From assembly GCA_008369845.1 (NCBI GenBank), contig MRSU01007313.1, forward strand, positions 1 to 36,538: a stretch of DNA of 36,538 nucleotides, in the 5' to 3' direction. A model generated the notes under the pieces. The model was not told the DNA's origin. It searched no databases and saw only the letters and a program-made list of their open reading frames with translations. Made by a program: the position numbers and the translations under genes. The number at the start of each line of letters is the position of its first letter. The first letter of the stretch is position 1. The DNA is from Trichomonas gallinae. Lineage: Eukaryota. This document shows positions 1-9,484 of the stretch, in pieces.

Positions 1-73
1 TGATCAAAATAGGTGCAAAAATGCAAAATTTTTTCCGTTGTAAAGTTTACAAAAAACGGTTAGAACGGTCCCT

Positions 74-130
74 TAAAAATATAGCTTTTCACCGTTGGTA
101 TTTTAAAAAATCATAGCTTTCCACCATTGA
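74..130. repeat. Imperfect ~30-bp tandem duplication
   Basis: taaaaatatagcttttcaccgttgg followed by taaaaaatcatagctttccaccattga. Confidence 0.6.
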
Positions 131-489
131 CTCGGAATATAAATCGGCGAATTCAATTTTCTGCTGTCAGGAATTTCAAATAAATTGAGAGGCTTATCCT
201 TGCCGATGAAAAGTTATAAATGCTTATATACTGTTATAGAATGGAATTATGAAGTTTTCGAAAAAAAAATATTTCAATTAAAAAGTTTTTATTTTTGAAA
301 GGATGAATCGGATTGCCTTTTTAATTATGTCAATCATTGATAAATTACCTGTTATATCTAATATTAATTTAATTTAGAATTAAATCTAAAATTAAGTCAA
401 AATAACACAATAAAAAAATTACTTCGTTTCGTTAATATTTTATTATATATCGATTGTATGTCAATTATATTATGGAATTTTATTTGCAA

Positions 490-517
490 AATAACTGTGT
501 TTGAATAACTGTGCTTG
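490..517. repeat. 14-bp tandem duplication containing the Myb-type core TAACTG
   Basis: aataactgtgtttg (490-503) and aataactgtgcttg (504-517), one mismatch. Confidence 0.7.
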
Positions 518-673
518 CGAGAATTGATTTTTTTCTGATATTTCCCAAATTACCTGTCACTCAAATTAATCACAAAAAGACTGAAATATAGTGGAGAAAC
601 ATAATTACATATAATTAATGGTTAAAAATTCATTAATGATTAAAAATATATTTATATAAGAAAAGTGGCATTA

Positions 674-1939
674 ATGAATGCAAAAAGACGTGTTCGGCCA
701 TTCCACTTATATCTAAGAACCATCCCTTATATTTATTTAGCTGCATTTCTCATGTCTTTGACTCGTTCTATTCCTAGCATTGTCTTCTTACATGAGAATT
801 CTATGAATTATTCTGATATTAATTTAACTTACCTAAAAAAGCTCACTGGATATGCATCCAACATTAAGCACATTCCCAATGATAAGATTCATTATGTCGA
901 TCATAGAAGAGTTCCGACACATGCTTATAGAGGACTTGGTGTGAAATTCCAAGGTAGGTTCAATACTGGTGAGTATTATCCAAGAACGCCTATGGTATAT
1001 CCTGGACACATTCAAGATTACAACGTAACTTTCGTCCATCTAAAAGATGTTTACGTTTCAAGGTCGCCATCGGTTTTAACACCTAAAAATAGATTAGCAC
1101 TTACAGATTTTCATTGGTTACCTCAAATTCAAGGCCAAACATATGGAACTGTTAAATATGCTTTCGAAAAAGCAATTGCGCCTGGTCACTTCTATTGCAA
1201 CAATTTTGGGCATTTCCACATTGATTACTTCTCCATCATCATTGATCAGCCAAAGGAAATCATACAGAGCTACTACATCCTTAATGTTCCGGCAGGAGAA
1301 TTTGTGCAGCTTGCTCTCGACTTCATAGAAGTTCCAAAAGAGCACAGAATCCCTTTGATGGCGCATGGAGAGTTCGCCTTCGTATACGAGCTGATCTATC
1401 CAATGATGCCGATGGTTCATCAGTGCTATCAAGGATATCCACTTCACAAGATCCAAGTTCTCTACAACGAGAAGTTCCAATTGCAAGACATCAAGGCAGA
1501 AAAGAATGCTATCATAAACAGAAGAGACACGAGAGTTTGGTACAACGCTAACGAGTTACTAAAGGCTATACAGCAAGCATATCCGAACCACAAGTGGGAG
1601 AGCATGCACGACGTCCATGACCTTCGTGAGTCTGCCAAGCAATACGCTGCAATTAAGTATTTGATGACTCCTTCAGGATCAAACCTGTTTCACTGCTTCA
1701 TGATGAAAGCTGACTCCATCATCCTCACAGTTGAAGGAACAGTGCATGACTGGTCCTCAATTGGTGCAATCTTCCAGTGCGGAATCCACCACATCATTTT
1801 CCAAAGTGAGAAACTAAATCACGTTGAAGGTTTCCCTGGATTCAACGTTGATGTCAAGAAATTTGTCAAAGCAGTTGGATTCGGTGTGAAGTATCTTGAA
1901 ACAGGAAAATTCCCAGAAGAAGAGCTAGATTTTTCATGA
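674..1939 (+). CDS. Glycosyltransferase family 61 (DUF563)-like protein, probable type II membrane/Golgi protein
   Basis: The ORF track starts at GTG 665; the first ATG is at 674. Short basic N-terminus, then a hydrophobic anchor (IPYIYLAAFLMSL). GT61-like motifs: NFGHFHID, IINRRDTRVWYNANEL, and LMTPSGSNLFHCFMMKADSIILTVE (equivalent to the 'G.HGAGL.N..F...A.VIE' block). Confidence 0.75.
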   Translation: MNAKRRVRPFHLYLRTIPYIYLAAFLMSLTRSIPSIVFLHENSMNYSDINLTYLKKLTGYASNIKHIPNDKIHYVDHRRVPTHAYRGLGVKFQGRFNTGEYYPRTPMVYPGHIQDYNVTFVHLKDVYVSRSPSVLTPKNRLALTDFHWLPQIQGQTYGTVKYAFEKAIAPGHFYCNNFGHFHIDYFSIIIDQPKEIIQSYYILNVPAGEFVQLALDFIEVPKEHRIPLMAHGEFAFVYELIYPMMPMVHQCYQGYPLHKIQVLYNEKFQLQDIKAEKNAIINRRDTRVWYNANELLKAIQQAYPNHKWESMHDVHDLRESAKQYAAIKYLMTPSGSNLFHCFMMKADSIILTVEGTVHDWSSIGAIFQCGIHHIIFQSEKLNHVEGFPGFNVDVKKFVKAVGFGVKYLETGKFPEEELDFS

Positions 1940-2006
1940 GTAAGATATATATTTTTTTGTTCTAAATAAATATTATGCATTGTTGGCTTGTAACAATGTG
2001 AAGTCA

Positions 2007-3024
2007 TGATGTTTTGGGAGAAAAAGAGTTTTGTCATTTCGTTATACGATTTTTTTATTTATTTTGGCGCTATTGATCCAAATAAAAGGATGCTAATAGA
2101 ACAAACAAAGATTTGGCGATCTTGCGAAAGCTTAAGAGACAATTCAATTTTCAATGAATAACTTTCAGAATGGTTTCAAATTTGTTAACATCTCAATAAA
2201 ATTCACTATAATCTTGATCTGCAAAAGATATGTATTCTTTTAGTGTCATAACCGACGATCATTTTCGATTAAAAAATAATTGAAATGCATTATTTCTGTA
2301 TTTTGAAAATTGAGAGTCTGATTCTATCCAAAAATCAACTCCAGATGGCATTATTTGCAATAAACAGGTTCAATTTAGGTCACTCGAATCATCAAATTCA
2401 AATAAAATTGAGAGTATAAAAATTTGACGCGAGATTTTGTTGGGGGAATGTTATCCATTAATAACTAGTGTAAAATCAAATTTTGTAAGTGGCAGACATG
2501 TGATTCATTTATTTCTATGAATGCAAATTTATATCGAATTTTCCAAAAGTGTCTCTTTTCGTTTGAATTTTGAAATAACTGATGTATCAAGCAAAGGAAG
2601 TAGAATAGATTGCAGGTACATATGTTAAGAAATATATTAAGCTCTATTACCAGATGAACTATATGCATTCAAGATGTCTATATTTCGCTGAATTTTGCCA
2701 AAGGAATCACTACAGTTAAAGCTTTATATAAAAGAAGGAGATTCTATAACGTCTTTTTGACATCCTCACTCAACATGAGTCAACAGTTCAAAAGGATTAA
2801 CATAAAATAGGCTTCCAGTCCTTGTAGAAAGATGCATCATCTTTCAGAATATGCTTGATACATGTTGAGCATACAAAGATTTATTTATTCCAGCGAGCAT
2901 CATGAAGAATCATACTACGAACTCAATCATGATAAGTATAGATGATACATCCCTCATCTTACACAATAATAACAACATCTTCTTTGAACAAAACAATATT
3001 GTTGCAAAAAATTTAACAAGATGA
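2007..3024. pseudogene. Possible decayed coding sequence of unknown origin
   Basis: About 1 kb with more coding-like composition than the flanking spacers. It holds several 40-70 codon open stretches broken by stops, with no recognisable domain. Strand uncertain. Confidence 0.25.
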
Positions 3025-3446
3025 GTCATGTATATATGATTTGTAAGCTAATTTTCAACACAGCATTAAAAGAAAAGGAAACCTTTAAAACGCAACAAAA
3101 TTGGTATTCTTGCACATAAATGAAATTATATGACAAAAAACGCAATACAAACTATGCGACACTTAGATAAAATTTGATACTTAGACTTCGTACCTATTTT
3201 GAGAAATGAAACTTCAAAAAACTAATGCTCTCGCTATTTAAATATCATCTATATCGAATCCTTGAACTTTTTATGTATATTTTAGACAATTACAAAGCAA
3301 AAATCTCTCAATGAATCTTATTTTTTCTGTGAGTAAATTCGATGAATGGGTATCATTCCATCTAATTAATTTATGCAAAAATGATCAATTTGGCATGTGT
3401 GTAATTCAACAAATAGAACCAAAAAGACTCAGTTATAATTGAAAAA

Positions 3447-3514
3447 AATACTTGTCAGAATTATGCAACAAAATTTACGTGTCAGATTTGCCACAATTTA
3501 CATGTCAGAATTAT
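3447..3514 (+). repeat. Cluster 1 of the TTTACRTGDCA motif (3 units)
   Basis: AATACTTGTCAGA (3447, degenerate), TTTACGTGTCAGA (3474), TTTACATGTCAGA (3497). Confidence 0.75.
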
Positions 3515-4673
3515 TAGAGTGACGGTGTGAAATTTAATTAAGGGGGAGAATCCATATTCGACTCACGAAGAGTGGAACAGGTTGGTGATGGTATTCTGCA
3601 GTTTTGATCGAATTTCAGTTACATTAATGCAAATATCATGTAATTAATCGATATCAACTAATTTGTCTTTATTGAAATTTTTATTCTTGGAAGACACATA
3701 ATATATTCTCTTGTAAATCAAGATATGGCAATTAGTTTCTTGAACGGGAGAGTTAGTAGCTTCAAAATTGAACTTTAAGCATCGAAGAAATTAATCAAAA
3801 CTGAAATTAAACTCAATTTCGAAATAACTATAATAACTACGTTACAACAATGCCAAGGACCACTAGTTCAGTTCATTAATGCGAAAAAAACGAAAAGAAA
3901 TAAACGTACGTATCAAACTGAATCGTAATTTTTTTTTTTTTTTTCATTGATGAACTCGTGTAAATTAGCCGAAAAATGAACCCGTGAAAAACTCAAGTTT
4001 GCTAGAAAGCAGATATGATGTCTCTATGGATTTCTAATTCTACAAAGTTGACTCATCTCAAAAGTGTCATTTCAAAATGAAATTATTCTATACTTATAAA
4101 TATATAATAAAACATACAAAATAACAATTGTCATACATAAATAAGATTTGAATGCAGTCAACGATATTTATTGAAATTTTTCGATAGTGAATCAAAAATC
4201 AGCCATAATATCCATATAAATATTTGCATCAAAATTTAATAATAATTAATTTTTTTCAGTTCACTTTTCCTAAAATGAAAAATACTGAACACTATGTTTA
4301 TAATATAATTTTTCCTGGCAAAGAAATTTTATTCCAGTCACTTTTGAATAAATTTTTTCTTTACATGAAAGAATGAAAAATAAACTGAACTCCGATGAAT
4401 ATTCGTAAATGGAGCATTTTAATGGTCCTATCTAAAAATTATATATGGCAAAATTAAACATCGTTGAAAATGAACTATATTAAAATTTGCTAAATTATAA
4501 ATAATTCCTGACAAATATTCATCACAAATATTTATATTTTTGAAAAGTCATTATCGAGAATAAAACGAAATCTTGGTATATCTTTAAGTTATAAACCATC
4601 CATGAATTTTGGTGTTCATTCAAAATCAACTTCATCACAATATTCAAAAAGTTTATTTAGATTTAGATAAGAA

Positions 4674-5312
4674 ATGCTCACTCTCCTGGCCTTTAGGACA
4701 GTCAGAGCTGCCCAACAGCAAGATGTCACTTGCAAATACGCAGGACAGAAATTATTGAAATCGACAGATAGCATCTCCATCGAATGCTCTGCAATTAATC
4801 TCAAATTAACAGAGTATCAATTCGATTCAGATTCAAAACACAATACATGGATCCCGGGATCATTTCAAGACAATACTTTAACAATTCCGCTTCCAGAAAA
4901 AGAAAATAAAATTAAATCATTGAAGTTAAAGTGGAACGATGGCACTATTACTGATGTTCCTCTAGGCATTAATACATTTAAAGATCTTGAATTAAATGGA
5001 ATCTTACACGAGGCGGGGGACAATACCGTTACTATTGTTGTTGTTTGTATTGTTGTATTTTTCACAATTGTAGCAGTTGTTGCCATTGTCTGGTTCTGCT
5101 ACGTGATGAGAAAGAAGAGAGCTGCGCAAGAAGAGGCAAGGAGGAGGGAACAACGCAGCTCATCAGCTGCCTCACCACCTCAGCAAGAAACAATGACAAA
5201 TGTCAACGATGCTGAAAAGACAAACGAAAATGCACTTGATCTCGGAGTCAGGTCCATTGATGACCTCATGGATGATGCTTTCTCTGATTCAGGCTCAGGT
5301 ATCAACGTTTAA
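4674..5312 (+). CDS. Type I single-pass membrane protein, unknown function
   Basis: 212 aa. Short signal-like N-terminus, ~110-aa ectodomain with 2 Cys, TM segment TIVVVCIVVFFTIVAVVAIVWFCYVM, stop-transfer RKKR, acidic tail. The TAA stop overlaps a TAAA polyadenylation signal. Confidence 0.85.
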   Translation: MLTLLAFRTVRAAQQQDVTCKYAGQKLLKSTDSISIECSAINLKLTEYQFDSDSKHNTWIPGSFQDNTLTIPLPEKENKIKSLKLKWNDGTITDVPLGINTFKDLELNGILHEAGDNTVTIVVVCIVVFFTIVAVVAIVWFCYVMRKKRAAQEEARRREQRSSSAASPPQQETMTNVNDAEKTNENALDLGVRSIDDLMDDAFSDSGSGINV

Positions 5313-5620
5313 ATTTTTTAAGTGCGATATTATTTAAAATAATCATTCAATTTCATTAACTTGTTTTTCCAGAATCCATGCAGTAAATATACGTTATTTC
5401 AAAACTTAAAATATAAGCTCAGAAGTATTGACAAACATTTAACTCTTGCATGGAGACTTAATAATCATCAGTACTTCTAGAAATCAGTGTTGAATATAAT
5501 TTTGACTTGATATGAAAGTTGAATTATTGGTTTCTTAATAAGCAATTTTGAAATTTAACCTCACATCAACCTTTTGAGTTAGATACCAGCTGTAAGAGTG
5601 CATATTTGTTTGATTCTATA

Positions 5621-5717
5621 TTTACATGTCATACTTTTCAAAATTAAAAATTTACATGACAAATTTTTGAAAAATAATTTACATGTCAAAAAAATTATTT
5701 TTAATCTTTACATGTCA
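5621..5717 (+). repeat. Cluster 2 of the TTTACATGWCA motif (4 units, 27-30 bp period)
   Basis: TTTACATGTCA at 5621, 5678 and 5707; TTTACATGACA at 5651; separated by A/T-rich spacers. Confidence 0.9.
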
Positions 5718-5822
5718 TATTTTCAAAATATTGAAGAAATAACATCTTAGAGATACATGCTCTTCTGGATTGACCTATATAATAAAAATAACATATCCAT
5801 TTATTTCAACATTAAATTTGAA

Positions 5823-7490
5823 TTAATCATACATTACATTTTCTTGATTGTCCGATTTTCTCGATGCCGATGAATATTTCTTCGATCGTGAAGCAGAGGA
5901 AGACTTCTTTGACTTCGATGCTGAAGAAGATTTCTTATTGAAGAAATCGTTTGGGCTTCCTGGAGCCGCCTGCTGTGGTGCATTGGCGTACTGTCTCAAG
6001 ATATCGGTTGTTCCGACATCAGTTCCATCAGCTTCGTTCTTGTTGAAGTTGGCGAGAAAATCAGGAGCATCCTGATTGGCTCTGACCGGTCTTTCGACTG
6101 GCCTTGAGCGCTTTGTGGATGATGATCCTGCTGGTGGGTAGTTGTAAACGTTCTGATCGCCTGTTGACGCGTTTTGTCTTTTTTGTGCGATATCATCAAA
6201 AGGAGACTTCGTTGGCTTAACGACACTCTCGTTATCCTTTAAGATGGATGTCCATGACTTCTCTGCTGCTGCGCGAATGACTGAGCTGTTGGCTGTTTCC
6301 GTGTAAGAATAATCTGTGTACGAATATTCTTTTCCTTGGGCCTGGGGCTCTGATGGCTGCAGAAGCTTCTTGTTCGCACTCTCTGTAGCATAGGAATAGC
6401 TCGAATAAACAACAGAAGGCTCTGCATTTGAACCTTGAGGTGAAGTGAAGCTCTGATACTCAGCCTTTGGTTTCTGAGATACTCTTGCTGGCTGTGGTTG
6501 GATTTCTCTTGTTTGCGGCTTCGGAGAAGGTTGTTTTTGATTTGATTCTGTATATGCGTAAGAATAAGGCGTGTAAGAAGATCCTGTGTATGAATACGTG
6601 TATGTGTTGCCATTTGTATATGAATAGTCTGTGTAGCTTGGCTCTGGACAGCGTTTTTCATGGCGATGCTTTTCTGGAACAGATTCGGTGTAAGTATATG
6701 AATCTCCATACGTGTAGTATGAATATGAATACTGTGTATTGTCTTTTTCGCTCTTTTGTGGTGGTAAATCTGATTTCTTCGATGATTTACGAGATTTGGC
6801 TCTTTCGACCTTCGCAGCAAGTTGAACACGCTTCTGTTTGTCAAGTGCATAGTGTGGATCCCAAATATTTGCTGGTTCTTCACCTGAACTTTCTGTAAAT
6901 GTATCATCATCTGAAATTCCGCGATTTTGCACCGGCTGTGGAGGTTCTGGCTCCTTCTTATGGTGTTTAGAGTGATGATGCTTCTGGTTGTGCTGGAAAA
7001 ATTGTTGACGCTTTATTTCTGCTTCTTCAACGATTGACTGCTCAGAGAACTCAGAATCGTCTGAAGACTGAACCAAAGGATTCTCTCTTTCCATTTTAGC
7101 TCTAATAGAGCGTTCTCTAACATTTTCTGGCGAATTTTTCTCTGCTTTAAGTTTCAAGAGTTGCCTGATGACAGCTTTGTGTGTTTTGAGTTGTAGATTG
7201 CGTGCAACGTAGTCCTGTCGATGTCTGTCGATTTTTACCAATTTATTTGATTCGAGATTTGCCAAATCGAGAGTTATGTGGAGATTTCTTACTGCAAGCC
7301 ACGAAGCTACATAATCTAGAGCTAATCTGAAGGCAGGAGGATCTGCTGGTGCTTTATAAAGATACGGTTTGATTTTATGTTTTGCTTTGTCGTTAATTGT
7401 CTTCGCGATTGTCTTCATGTACATTCCCTCTACGAGTTTGTCCTCTCTAGGCATAGCTGCTGCCTCGGAATACTCATATAAAGAACCCAT
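5823..7490 (-). CDS. Low-complexity protein with an N-terminal LisH-like motif, Tyr/Ser/Thr repeats and a basic Ser-rich tail
   Basis: 555-aa ORF. FRLALDYVASWLAVRNLHITLDLANLE resembles LisH. Four YSY..TE blocks. C-terminal KKSSSASKS-type repeat x3. Confidence 0.85.
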   Translation of the reverse strand: MGSLYEYSEAAAMPREDKLVEGMYMKTIAKTINDKAKHKIKPYLYKAPADPPAFRLALDYVASWLAVRNLHITLDLANLESNKLVKIDRHRQDYVARNLQLKTHKAVIRQLLKLKAEKNSPENVRERSIRAKMERENPLVQSSDDSEFSEQSIVEEAEIKRQQFFQHNQKHHHSKHHKKEPEPPQPVQNRGISDDDTFTESSGEEPANIWDPHYALDKQKRVQLAAKVERAKSRKSSKKSDLPPQKSEKDNTQYSYSYYTYGDSYTYTESVPEKHRHEKRCPEPSYTDYSYTNGNTYTYSYTGSSYTPYSYAYTESNQKQPSPKPQTREIQPQPARVSQKPKAEYQSFTSPQGSNAEPSVVYSSYSYATESANKKLLQPSEPQAQGKEYSYTDYSYTETANSSVIRAAAEKSWTSILKDNESVVKPTKSPFDDIAQKRQNASTGDQNVYNYPPAGSSSTKRSRPVERPVRANQDAPDFLANFNKNEADGTDVGTTDILRQYANAPQQAAPGSPNDFFNKKSSSASKSKKSSSASRSKKYSSASRKSDNQENVMYD

Positions 7491-7556
7491 TTTCGATTAT
7501 ATTGGAATTTAACAGATTTTAACGGCAATAATTTTTGACATTGACATTACATTATA

Positions 7557-7662
7557 TTTACGTGGCAGATTACAAAAAATTGACATTTCTTTACAATAGT
7601 TTACATGTCAATTTTATCAAAAAAAACTTTTTTCCAAAGAATTTACATTATTTTACATGACA
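7557..7662 (+). repeat. Cluster 3 of the TTTACRTGDCA motif
   Basis: TTTACGTGGCA (7557), TTTACATGTCA (7600), TTTACATGACA (7652), plus a partial TTTACATT (7642). Confidence 0.8.
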
Positions 7663-7846
7663 AAAACGGGTGGTTATAGTGATTCTTTTTTTCTATATAA
7701 TATACCAAAAGCAATGTCAACTCCTAACACAATAGATATAGCCCACATACATTGAAGAATATATATCTATAATCGATAAATTTGATCTTGGTAAATGTTG
7801 AGTTTCTGATGAGAAAATTATTTATGATTTTTGTCAAGTAAATTAA

Positions 7847-7895
7847 TTTACATGACGATTTATGATTTATGTGTCAGTTGTGTGTTTACATGACA
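7847..7895 (+). repeat. Cluster 4 of the TTTACRTGDCA motif (19-bp period)
   Basis: TTTACATGACG (7847), TTTATGTGTCA (7866), TTTACATGACA (7885). Ends 16 bp before the ATG at 7912. Confidence 0.8.
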
Positions 7896-7911
7896 AAATT
7901 AAATTTGTTTT

Positions 7912-9114
7912 ATGTTTGATGAAATTTCGAATTTGAGCCATTTGCAGGAGCAACTTGCCACTATCACTGACTCACAGCTACAATCTGTGTTTAACTACAT
8001 TAATACAAATATTTCGCCCAATTATTTAGATTTAGTTATTAGACTAATCTCAAAATATTCACAAATCAGACTCAAATATACACTCAAATACGCTAAAATA
8101 TTGAAATTAATCCTGGAATATAACAGAGATACTGCTTTACCATTGATTTTCAAATTCGCCGAGCCTCATTTATTGCGAAATCTGTACAATATCGATGGAT
8201 TTACATTAGAAGATCTCGAACCAGTTGAAAAAACTGACAATATCATTGTTGCTTTTGCTCCAGAACATGATTGGAATACAAGACTTCAAAAAATACTCTA
8301 TAAAGTCCCATACAACAGATTACTCGAATTAAAGGAGAATGAATGGCAGAAATACATAGAAATTCTTCTAAATAGATACGAAAATGATTCAGCAATTTCA
8401 TTTATTCTTAAAGATGATGTTAACGGACTGAAAAATGTTAAAGATATAAAGAAATACTACTATCTTGACGAAATATCATACGAAAACACAGTTAGAACGT
8501 CAATTTTAGCAATTGCCAAATATTACGAAGCAAAGAACTGCTACGATTATCTCGTCTCGAAAGGAATGACGCCAGATGATAATGTGCTCGAATGCACAGT
8601 TTTAGCAGGAAGATTAGAATTATTAGAAGAACCAAACATAATCAAGTTCTCCAAGCTTGCAATTGAGTATCACCATAATCATGACTTGGTTGTTCCAAAA
8701 GCAACATTGGAAGATTGCATAAGAACACAAAATTATGTTCTATTTCTTCAAAAAATTGCTACAGACAAAGAAATCTCTGATAAATGCATGGAAATAGCAT
8801 GTGTTGAGCGTAATACAGCTTTTGTTGAGCTGTTTAAAGAAATGAAAATTGATATTCCGAAAGATTATTTGGAATTTTACAATAGAGTCCAGATTCCTAT
8901 TTCAGGAACTCCATCTACCATATTGGAATACTCAGGAAAGACTCTTGCTCAGCCATTTTCATCAGAAATTCCTAATCCAACAAATAACAGGTGCTGCTGC
9001 ATCCTTTTAATCGTTTGTTTGATCCTTCTCGTGTTCTTTATTGGAGTCCTCGTCTATCTTCTGCAATACGCAAAATACGTAGATTTACCAGACATATTTA
9101 GATGGCTCAGATAA
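7912..9114 (+). CDS. DUF3447/degenerate ankyrin-like protein with a C-terminal transmembrane helix
   Basis: 400 aa. FILKDDVNGL, ILAIAKYYEAKNCYDYLVSKG and LAIEYHHN resemble the trichomonad DUF3447-ankyrin family. C-terminal RCCCILLIVCLILLVFFIGVLVYLL is a TM helix. Confidence 0.7.
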   Translation: MFDEISNLSHLQEQLATITDSQLQSVFNYINTNISPNYLDLVIRLISKYSQIRLKYTLKYAKILKLILEYNRDTALPLIFKFAEPHLLRNLYNIDGFTLEDLEPVEKTDNIIVAFAPEHDWNTRLQKILYKVPYNRLLELKENEWQKYIEILLNRYENDSAISFILKDDVNGLKNVKDIKKYYYLDEISYENTVRTSILAIAKYYEAKNCYDYLVSKGMTPDDNVLECTVLAGRLELLEEPNIIKFSKLAIEYHHNHDLVVPKATLEDCIRTQNYVLFLQKIATDKEISDKCMEIACVERNTAFVELFKEMKIDIPKDYLEFYNRVQIPISGTPSTILEYSGKTLAQPFSSEIPNPTNNRCCCILLIVCLILLVFFIGVLVYLLQYAKYVDLPDIFRWLR

Positions 9115-9484
9115 TTTCGTGTTTTATATTATATATATTAAACAACTCTTTTCAGCAAGCATCCTTTTCTTTTTAGCATCATATTTTCATTTCAACAAAA
9201 AAAAACTTTGTTTATCAGTATTCACATTTATGAAATATAAAGATCTATTCTGTAGCTTTTATTATGAATAATGAATAATGAAAAAGAATAAAAACAAAAT
9301 AATTTTTCAAATAAAAATATTTTTGTAAAAATTAGATTATGCATTAAAAATATAAAGTTTTGGTCTTGATCTATTATAATTTATATTGATTATTATTAGA
9401 AATTTGATAATAAATTATTTGATAAATTTGATAATAAACAAGTTTTTAAATACAGCAAGTTGATGGTGTAAGTAATGGTAGCTA

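Noticed and set aside
3947..4020. TGATGA suggesting a C/D box snoRNA
   Set aside because: No appropriately placed CTGA D box or terminal stem.
5621..5717. CRISPR-like repeat-spacer array
   Set aside because: Repeats are only 11 bp, spacers are 16-19 bp low-complexity A/T tracts, there are no cas genes, and the context is eukaryotic.
7723..7735. CCTAACACAATAG resembling the trichomonad intron 3' motif ACTAACACACAG
   Set aside because: The spacing is off by one, there is no matching upstream GTAYGT donor or exon, and no frame joins the 7912 ORF.
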